Source: Micromonas sp. (lineage: Eukaryota). From it: a stretch of 32,000 nt of DNA. Positions 1-6,660 of this stretch are shown piece by piece. The notes beneath the pieces are model-generated. The model was given only the letters and a program-made list of their open reading frames with translations, searched no databases and was not told the DNA's origin. The position numbers and the translations under genes are program-made. The number at the start of each line of letters is the position of its first letter. Position 1 is the stretch's first letter. The stretch is from the NCBI GenBank assembly GCA_000090985.2, contig CP001330.1, forward strand, positions 974,335 through 1,006,334. The letters run 5' to 3'.

Positions 1-2002
1 GGAATCCTCGGAAGATCGAATCGACTCGACGACGAGGGCGCCGTCGGAGTTGACGGCGCCCGCCGGCACCTCGTCGCCGACGCGTTTAAGCACCGGCAGC
101 GCCTCGCCGGTGATGTGCTGAATCGACACCAGCGCGCTGCCGTGCACGACGATCCCGTCGAGGGGAACCTGTGAACGCGGCGGTGGGAGGAGAGAGACCC
201 GGGGGTGAGAATACGAGAAGGAGCGTGAAATGAACCAGGTAAAGAGGCGGGTAAGGAAAGAGGTAAAGTCGCGCATCCAATTCGCCGCCGTAAAGTCTCA
301 GATGGGTAAACGGCATGTTTCGGTTGAATCGCCATCGCCGGGGTAATTAATCCCGCCTTGGAAGGTTTCTGCGAAAGTCATCCTCACGGACGATGCGGCG
401 GCGCGGGGCTGGGCGCGAACAGAGGGACGAGCCGAAAAGACCGGACCGGAAAAAGAGGAGGAAGGAAAAAAAGCCGCCGAGAGCTTCTCACCTGCTGTCC
501 GGCTCTGACGAACACGTTCGCGCCCACTCCGACGTCCCTCGCCGGAACGAGCCGCTCGCTGTCCGCGTCCGGGGACCCGTCCTCCCTCAGCTCCACGATC
601 GTCGCCTCCCCCGGCACCGTCGCCCAGAGCATCCGCAAATCGCCCCTCGCGTGTCCCGTCAACCTCGTCTCCACAAAGTGCGCCGAAGCGAAGAGCACCA
701 AGAGCATCGCGCCCTCGATGGCGCACCCGAGGAGCACGGTGCCCGCCACCGCCAGCGTGGTGAGGACGTGTATGTTCACGTTGCCCACCGCGAGTTCGTA
801 GGAGACGTCGACAAACTCCGACGTCCCCGCGAGCGCGTACACGGCTACGGTAGCAGCCGTCTCGATGGACGCGGCGGTGACGGATGTCTCCATCCCCATG
901 TGCCGACAGAGGTGCGCGACGCCCCCGACGATGAGGAAGAACCAGGACACCGCGCACACCGCGACGTTTCCCTTGAGCTTATCCGCGATCCAACCCACGC
1001 CGGTGGCGCGGTAGAACGCCGTCAACGCGCGTTCGACGCCGTTCGGCCCCGCTCTCGTCGCAACCTTCGGCCCCCGCGTCTCCGGCATGGCGTCACCCGA
1101 GTCGCCGGAGAAGCCAGCCTCGGCGATGAACGCCTCCTCGTCGTAGGACCCGGAGGGGTCCTGCATGTACATCGCCCCGCCGTCGGCGTCCGCGCCGCAT
1201 CCGTACGGGGCGCCGCAGCATCCGGAGGAAGCGTGCGAGTGGCCGTGCGAGGCGTCGTCGTCGTCGTTCGTGAAGCTCGGTCGTCCGCCCGCGTTGTCGT
1301 GCGAGTGGCCTGCGCGCGATGAGGGTGGGTGGGACGGGGCGCGGGAACGTCAGCGCGATGCTCTCGGGGGCGTGATGGACGCGATCGCGCGCGAAGATCG
1401 CGGACGGGGCGCGGGATCCAGCCGCGGCGGCGGTGCCGCCTCCGCGGGAAAAAGCCGACCGGGGGCGATCGCGCTGGCAAACCTAAGCTCGCCAGGGTTT
1501 ACGGGATAAGGCGGATGGGCGCAGTGGTGGACGGGGAAGGCGCGGTCGCCGTGGTCGTACCGTGGGGCCCGGAGTGCGACCGGACGGTCAATCCGCGCAG
1601 CCTTCGTCCACCGCATCCGTAGGCGCCGCACGACGCGAGCCGCAGCCCCTCCATCGCGCTCGACCGACGCGCGCCGAGTCGCAACCTCGACGGCTGCTGC
1701 GGCACCCACGCGCACGCCCGATTCGTCGACGCATGGGTGAGCATCATAGGAGCGCCGGACGCGAGACGTTGTGAAGCGCGCGCGCCGGTGAGCGACCGCG
1801 ATCGGACGACGCCGCGTCCGGTCCCGACCCTGAGCCGGGGAGCGGTGAGCGCGCCGTGATCCATGACGCGAACCCTGGACGGCGACCGGGCGCACCAGCG
1901 CCGCTCCGTTGTGACGCGCGAGTGGACGTGCCGAGCGCCGTTGCCGTTGCCGTCGGTTCGATCTTCGCGATTCGTCGTCAGTCGACGCGGGTCATCGCTC
2001 AT
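1..2002 (-). CDS. HMA1: Heavy-metal P1B-type ATPase, HMA1-like (3' partial, gene continues past the left edge)
   Basis: ORF 384..1172 (-) contains VNIHVLTTLAVAGTVLLGCAIEGAMLLVLFASAHFVE. Bases 168..1 (-) translate to VPLDGIVVHGSALVSIQHITGEALPVLKRVGDEVPAGAVNSDGALVVE. These are the TM segments plus actuator-domain motifs (P.DG, ITGE) of P1B ATPases, colinear with plant HMA1 as I recall it. In frame upstream of 1172 lies a His/Cys-rich stretch (HGHSHDN..HGHSHASSGCCG) like the HMA1 metal-binding N-terminus, but it has no ATG. Proposed model: complement(join(1561..2002,492..1309,<1..168)). Splice phases are consistent (1 and 0). Exon 1 is Arg/Ser-rich and transit-peptide-like, with GC3 about 80% in this frame versus lower in the others. 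It is the least certain part. Confidence 0.8.
169..491 (-). other. Spliceosomal intron 2 of the HMA1-like gene (323 nt)
   Basis: Donor is CAG|GTGAGA (GT at 491-490). Acceptor is TTCACAG| (AG at 170-169), preceded by a pyrimidine tract and TTCTCAC. Splicing joins ..VRAGQQ to VPLDGIVVHG.., restoring the conserved GE/Q.VP.DG actuator motif. The unspliced frame runs into nonsense and a stop at 384. Confidence 0.8.
288..389 (-). ncRNA. Candidate intronic box C/D snoRNA (LSU rRNA guide)
   Basis: Minus strand reads CCGUGAG-GAUGA-C...AACAUGCCGUUUACCCAU-CUGA-GACUUUACGG. It has a C-box-like GGAUGA (378..383), a D box CUGA (298..301) and a CCGU/ACGG terminal pairing. The 11 nt just 5' of the D box (plus-strand 304..314 = GGGTAAACGGC) are complementary to the conserved LSU rRNA segment GCGGGUAAACGGCGGGAGUAAC. 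It is in sense orientation within a host-gene intron. The C box is imperfect and I found no D'/C' pair. Confidence 0.35.
1310..1560 (-). other. Proposed intron 1 of the HMA1-like gene (251 nt)
   Basis: Donor is CAC G|GTACGA (GT at 1560-1559). Acceptor is CATCGCGCGCAG| (AG at 1311-1310), with GCGCTGACG branch-like motif about 45 nt upstream and a C/T-rich tract. The intron is phase 1. Splicing gives ..RSHSGPH-G-HSHDNAGG.., a continuous His-rich tract. The unspliced frame has a stop at 1350. Confidence 0.5.
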
Positions 2003-2113
2003 AGAAGAAAACACTTTTTTTCGAAAATACGAAAAGCACCACCTCCGCGGTACGACGACGCAGTTAGAGTACCAGTATGTGTGCTAAAATGGCTATGCGC
2101 TACCACTCACAGA

Positions 2114-3076
2114 TTAAACGCGAAACTTGGTCCGATCGTGCGTGAACCTCATGTACACCACCACCCACGTGAAGACGACGCCGACGAGAACTAAGACGAT
2201 CCACGTCCAACACCCCCCGCGCCTGTTCGTCTCGTATATCGCCTTCTGCCGCGATCGCTCCTTCTTGACCCCAGCCAGGTTGCGGTCCAGCGATCCCTCC
2301 ACGACGTCGAGCTCCCTCCGGCTCTCCCTCAGACTCGCCTCCATCGCCAACGAGTTCGCCTTGATGCCGCCCGCCAGCTCCAGCATCTCGTCGGTGAGCT
2401 CCTCCTGCGCGGCTCTCTGCCGCGCGATGTGCGCGTCGCCGGCGTCGGAGATCTTGACCCCGCCCTCGCGACGCTGTCTCGACGCGCCGCCGCCAGCTGT
2501 GTTGGTCGCGACGCCAGACGACGATTTGGGATCGGGCGATGACGCCGAGCCGGTCGCCCTTCTGCGGACGGGCGCGGGCGGCTTGTACGGTCGCCACTCC
2601 CGCGCGGATGAGGACGCCGCGCCCGCGGCGGCGGTGACGTACGGCGCCGCGCGATGGCGCGACGACGACGACGTCGACGACGTAGATCCCGGATCGCCGA
2701 GCGCGACGACGACGGTCGACGCGACTCGGTCGACGCGGGCCGCGTACGCGTCGGCCGTTGCGGGGTCCCTCGCGCGGATCTCGGTGACGAGCCCGCGCAT
2801 GACCTCCACGTGCTGATGCGCCTTCGCGTCGTTCACGGCGTCGAAGCCCGGGCGCGACGGTCCCCCGGGCGCGTGCCGCTCGTCGTCGCTCGCCCGAGAT
2901 CTTCCCCCGGCGGTGGGTGCATCTTCCTCCTCCGACGGCGAGGGCGCTCCGCGGCGACCGCGCGACGGGGTCGCCGGCGGCGATGTGGGGGCGCCGCCCG
3001 CGGACGATGCGGCCTTGGACTCGTAGACGCGAAGGAGCCGCGCCAGGCTGACCTCTTGGGGCCGCGTCGAGGTCAT
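2114..3076 (-). CDS. USE1: USE1-family tail-anchored Q-SNARE (ER retrograde transport)
   Basis: ATG at 3076, TAA at 2114. The N-terminal EVSLARLLRVYESKAA parallels human USE1 ELNLVRLLSRCEAMAA. The C-terminal SNARE heptads AQEELTDEMLELAGGIKANSLAMEASL..LDRNLAGVKKE are followed by a single C-terminal TM helix (CWTWIVLVLVGVVFTWVVVYM). The middle of the protein is low-complexity and Ser/Ala/Gly-rich. Confidence 0.8.
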   Translation of the reverse strand: MTSTRPQEVSLARLLRVYESKAASSAGGAPTSPPATPSRGRRGAPSPSEEEDAPTAGGRSRASDDERHAPGGPSRPGFDAVNDAKAHQHVEVMRGLVTEIRARDPATADAYAARVDRVASTVVVALGDPGSTSSTSSSSRHRAAPYVTAAAGAASSSAREWRPYKPPAPVRRRATGSASSPDPKSSSGVATNTAGGGASRQRREGGVKISDAGDAHIARQRAAQEELTDEMLELAGGIKANSLAMEASLRESRRELDVVEGSLDRNLAGVKKERSRQKAIYETNRRGGCWTWIVLVLVGVVFTWVVVYMRFTHDRTKFRV

Positions 3077-3388
3077 GACGACGACGGGGCGAAGTGACGA
3101 TGGGGCGAAATCACGCAGCCGAGAAAAGGGGCTGACGGGACCGGGCGAGCGCTTGCCCGTTGCTGATTTTCAAAGTTGACGCGCTCCTTTTCCCTCGGCC
3201 GCGCGCGGTGCGAGTTCCGGGTTCGCGCGAACGAAGCGGCGAACGTCACTCCGACGCCGCACCGCCGGGATCGGCGCCCGCTCGTCCGGAGTTTGCCGGC
3301 GGCCGCGCCGGTCGCCGGGTCGAACCGACGCTGAAGAGAACCCGCGCGAGATCCTCCATCGGGCGCACGCTCCCGCAGTAGCGACGAG
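3077..3388. promoter_or_regulatory. Divergent (bidirectional) promoter region between USE1 and the LMBR1-like gene
   Basis: A 312-bp spacer separates two head-to-head start codons (3076 on minus, 3389 on plus). It contains a direct repeat GGGGCGAA.T.ACG x2 at about 3083-3115. No TSS can be read from sequence alone. Confidence 0.4.
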
Positions 3389-5091
3389 ATGCCTTCCGAC
3401 GGGTACAACTGGTTCCTCATCCTGGTGGCGATCATCGCCTCCGTGGTGCTCGTCCTGATCAACGTCTACATCCTCGTCCACTTTCAGCACCCGGAGGACC
3501 GCAACCAGGCGTGGTTCCCCAAGCTCGTCGTGGTGCGCGCCCCGAACCGATCAACAACCCTCGGCCTTTGCTCCGAGATCTTCGCCCCACCCACCGGGTT
3601 CTTCCCCCGCTCTCGTTCGCGTCCGACCTCCCGCGCCTTACGTCCCCCGCGCCTTACGTCCCGCGCTCCATCATCGCACAGATCCTGGGCCTGACCCTCG
3701 CCGAGATGTCCATCCTCTTACTCCCCCTCGACGTTGCCAATCGCGCGGCGTGCGCCGACTCAATCGTCCTCTCCGCGTGCAACTTTGCGCTCCCGATGGA
3801 ACAACTCTGGTACGCGGTGTACATGTCGATGTTCGTCATGATGGTCGCCGTCGTCCCCTTCACGCTGTTCTACTACGAGCAGGACCACGACATGAGCGCG
3901 TGGGGTAAGACGGTGTCGAGCGGGTGGTGGATCGGCGGCACCTTGGTCGTGCTCGCGCTCATCCTAGGCTTGTGCTACGGGTTTCTCGGGTTCGTGGATT
4001 TCCCCGTGACGACGCTGACGTCGGGGCTCGCGCCCTTGGGTAGCGCCGCGCTCGATGCCGCGCACAAGTGCGTCGCCCCCGAGACGTTCGCGTCCAACGG
4101 CGTCAACAACGGCTACGCGTGCGACGCGGACGGGGGCGTGCCCACGGAGACGTGGTCGGTGCGAACAACCTTCCCGGTGTACGTCATCGCCGTCGGTTCG
4201 ATTCTTTCGTGGGTGCTCTTCATCGCATTCGGCGGCGTCGGCGTCTCCGCGATTCCCATCGACCTCGTCAAGTCCTTCCTCGGAAGGCCGAAGAAGGTCA
4301 TCGCGCGGAGCGAGTACATTCGCATCGCCGGGAAAATTGCCGAGCAGACAAAGGCGGTCATGGCGGACGCTCGGGAAGTGCAGCGAGAGGAGAGGGGCAC
4401 CGGCAAGACGAGGAAGACGAGGCGCGCGCTCGCGGAGATCAACAAGCGGCTCGTGCAGCTCGAGGAGGACGAGCTCATCTTACAGAAGATGTATCCGCAG
4501 GGCGAGGACAGGGACGCCAGCTGGACGGTGACGGTGATGGGGTACTACGCGAGCCTCGGCGGCGGCGTCGTGTGCGGGATCGTGTCCATCCTCTGGATGC
4601 TGCACATCGGGTTGTACATGTTCCCGGATCCGCCGCTGACGCCGTTTCTGAACCGGTTCTTCGTGGACTTGGACTCGGCGTTCGGGCTGCTGGGCACCGG
4701 ATCCTTCGCGCTGTTTTGCTTTTACCTGATCATGTGCGTCATCAAGGGCAACGTCAAGGTTGGGTTCAGGCTGTTGCTGTGGACGGTGTACCCGATGCGG
4801 CTGGGGAACACGCTCATGTCCGCGTTTCTGTTCAACGTCAACCTCATAATGCTGAGCTCCATCGCGGTGATTCAGTTTTGCGCAAAGGCGTTTGACGGGT
4901 ACGCCGCGGAGACTTCGGTGAGCGACATATTCGGTCAGGAGATTGAGAACCTGCGGGGGCTCGGAGCGGTTTTCCGCGAGAACGTCTTTCTGTACATCTT
5001 CTTCGCCGTGGCGTGTCTATCGGCGATCGCGCTGGGATCGGACGAGGTGAAGGCGGCGCGTCAGCCGCGGCGGAACCTCGAGTCGATGTGA
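3389..5091 (+). CDS. LMBR1-like (LIMR family) multi-pass membrane protein
   Basis: Model is join(3389..3532,3682..5091). Exon 1 is MPSDGYNWFLILVAIIASVVLVLINVYILVHFQHPEDRNQAWFPKLVV. Exon 2 starts ILGLTLAEMSILLLPLDVANRAAC. Together they are colinear without gaps with plant LMBR1-like proteins (..[38 protein letters not shown]..). Later conserved blocks are present as well: TFPVYVIAVGSILSWVLFIAFGGVG, LQLEEDE..L..MYPQGE and MSAFLFNVNLIMLSSIAVIQFCAKAF. Confidence 0.85.
3533..3681 (+). other. Intron of the LMBR1-like gene (149 nt)
   Basis: Donor is GTG|GTGCGCGCC at 3533. An alternative GT at 3530 would give a protein one residue shorter and fits the homolog spacing worse. Acceptor is CATCGCACAG| with AG at 3680-3681. 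The intron contains a tandem duplication CGCGCCTTACGTCCC x2 carrying CTTAC branch-like motifs. It is phase 0. Confidence 0.75.
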
Positions 5092-5147
5092 TTGACGTGA
5101 TTAAAAAGAGAAACTTTTACTTACGCGACGCTCGCGAGTGACGCTCA

Positions 5148-5915
5148 TCACGGGAAGGGTTTGCCAGGCCCCGCGTCGTCGTCCCAGTACGTCTCCGACG
5201 CCGGCGCCCTGTTGCACAAAAACTTTTTTCCCTGGATCGTCGAGTTCGCCGTCTTCATCAATCCGCCCCAATGGTACACGTGCGAACCGGAGCGAACCGC
5301 GGTGTTGTCGACGAGTTCCGTTGCGTGAAAGTTGATCTCCCCGTGCCAGTTGGACACAGCCCCGCCTCGCGTCGCGTTGTTCCCCCGCAGCTCGCAATGA
5401 TTCAGCTCCACACGCCCGTACGTCACCGCGACCGCGCCGCCGAAACCGTCGACGTCGCCGTTCGTCAGCGACAGGTCCCACAGGTCGAGCCGCGCCGGGC
5501 CGTACACCTCGAAGATTCCCGATTTGCCGTCCGCGTCGATGACGCACTTCGCCGCGTCGGGGTCCCGCGCGCCCCCGGCGCTTCGCGCGATGTCCTCGTC
5601 CCATCCGTAGTTGCAACGCCCCACCATCGTCAGGCGGCGCAGGTTGCGCAGCGCGGGCAGGGGTCGCGAGTTCGTCAGCGTGATGTCGGAGCGGATCCAA
5701 ATCTCGGAGATGTACGGGTCCTCCATGGCGGCGCGCAGGTCCGCCTCGGTGGCGACGTCGACCCTCGAGTCGCCGTACTTGGCGCGATGAAGCTCGTTGG
5801 AGCCGGTGGGGAACCGGTACGCGCCGCCCTCCTGGGTGTACGCCGACGCGAACCGGTTATGGTCCGTGGCGACGGCGACGAGCAAGGTGGCCAGGAGCGC
5901 CAGAGCGGGCGTCAT
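5148..5915 (-). CDS. Secreted right-handed beta-helix (pectin-lyase-fold / Pmp-like repeat) protein
   Basis: ORF 5148..5987 (-). I place the start at the internal ATG at 5915 because it gives a classic signal peptide, MTPALALLATLLVAVA. The body has repeated short Gly/Asn-rich turns typical of parallel beta-helix proteins (LTNGDVDGFGGAVAV, LRGNNATRGGAVSN, LVDNTAVRSGSHV). The family assignment is only general. Confidence 0.55.
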   Translation of the reverse strand: MTPALALLATLLVAVATDHNRFASAYTQEGGAYRFPTGSNELHRAKYGDSRVDVATEADLRAAMEDPYISEIWIRSDITLTNSRPLPALRNLRRLTMVGRCNYGWDEDIARSAGGARDPDAAKCVIDADGKSGIFEVYGPARLDLWDLSLTNGDVDGFGGAVAVTYGRVELNHCELRGNNATRGGAVSNWHGEINFHATELVDNTAVRSGSHVYHWGGLMKTANSTIQGKKFLCNRAPASETYWDDDAGPGKPFP

Positions 5916-6231
5916 CGCGGACGGAGGGGACGCGGGTTCGCGAGCGCGAAAGCCGTGGGAGACTGCTGTAGTGCTCGTACACGTCAACCCGTCCGCGCAC
6001 TGTGCACTCGCGCGTTCAGCAAAGGTGAGGGCGTCGCGCTATGCGCGCCGTGCTCGGACTGTGTGGACCGTTGTTAAAATCAAGGGTGAACTTTTTTTTT
6101 TTGGCTGACGCATTGACTCTGGGGTCCTCACGTGCGAGACCGCCGACGCGTCCACACTTCACGGATCGATGCGAAACTTCGCAGGGAGGACGCGGACGTC
6201 GCGTCGCGTCGGCCCGTGCGCTCTCAGAAAT

Positions 6232-6239
6232 AAAAAAAA
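6232..6239 (-). terminator. Pol III oligo-T terminator of tRNA-Thr
   Basis: A8 on the plus strand equals T8 on the tRNA strand, 7 nt downstream of the discriminator base. Confidence 0.7.
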
Positions 6240-6245
6240 GAAAGA

Positions 6246-6318
6246 TGCCCCCAGTGAGGATTGAACTCACGACCTCATCCTTACGAAGGACGCGCTACTA
6301 CCACTGAGCTATGGAGGC
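6246..6318 (-). tRNA. trnT-CGU: tRNA-Thr (anticodon CGU)
   Basis: Minus strand reads GCCTCCA TA GCTC AGTGGTAG TAGC G CGTCC TTCGTAA GGATG AGGTC GTGAG TTCAATC CTCAC TGGGGGC A. It forms a full cloverleaf: a 7-bp acceptor (one G-U), a 5-bp anticodon stem, U33, anticodon CGT, A37, a perfect T stem and a GTTCAATC T loop. It is 73 nt with no intron. Confidence 0.9.
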
Positions 6319-6600
6319 TTTGCACTTCCTGAAGGTAAATCACCTGTAGGCAGCTCATGAGACGCTTTGGAGTTCAGGCTTGGACTGTTACCAGTCCAAT
6401 CGTTGAGCCATTCGTCAAAGTTGGAAATATGAAGCGCACAAATATTTGGTTTTCGCTCGTATGACGAAACAGTGAGAAAGTCTATTTCTTACGCCAATTA
6501 TGCTTTCTTACGTGAATTATGCCTTCTTGGGAGAATTGTGCTTTCTCGAGTTGAATCTCCGCCGTCAACTCGGAAGTGACTTTTTGCATGCCGAGTCAGA
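6319..6600. other. AT-rich island: 5' flank of tRNA-Thr and upstream region of the NT-C2 gene
   Basis: This stretch is visibly AT-richer (roughly 40-45% GC by eye) than the rest of the window. It contains a perfect 8-bp hairpin TTGGACTG-ttac-CAGTCCAA (6380..6399). It also has a 19-bp tandem repeat (6485..6550) and a second hairpin CGAGTTGA-N10-TCAACTCG (6547..6572). No convincing ORF or known RNA was recognised. Confidence 0.6.
6485..6550. repeat. 19-bp tandem repeat, 3.5 copies
   Basis: Copies are TTTCTTACGCCAATTATGC (6485-6503), TTTCTTACGTGAATTATGC (6504-6522), CTTCTTGGGAGAATTGTGC (6523-6541) and TTTCTCGAG (partial). Confidence 0.85.
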
Positions 6601-6660
6601 ACCCCGGTTTTTCAGTCGTTTGCCGAACCCCCCGCCAGTTGAGAGGCGCGTAGGGCGCCG

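Noticed and set aside
5058-5152. GUGAUGA overlapping the beta-helix gene stop codon plus a CUGA 90 nt downstream on the minus strand, as a possible C/D snoRNA
   Set aside because: The TGATGA is a tandem stop context. The putative body is antisense to the LMBR1-like CDS. Only a 2-bp terminal pairing is available, and no rRNA complementarity was recognised.
6319-6480. Possible snRNA in the AT-rich island: ATTTACCTTCAGG on the minus strand resembles the U1 5' end, and ACAGTGAGA resembles the U6 ACAGAGA box
   Set aside because: Each resemblance is a short imperfect match, with none of the accompanying conserved elements present (Sm site, U6 AGC triad/ISL, U1 stem-loops).
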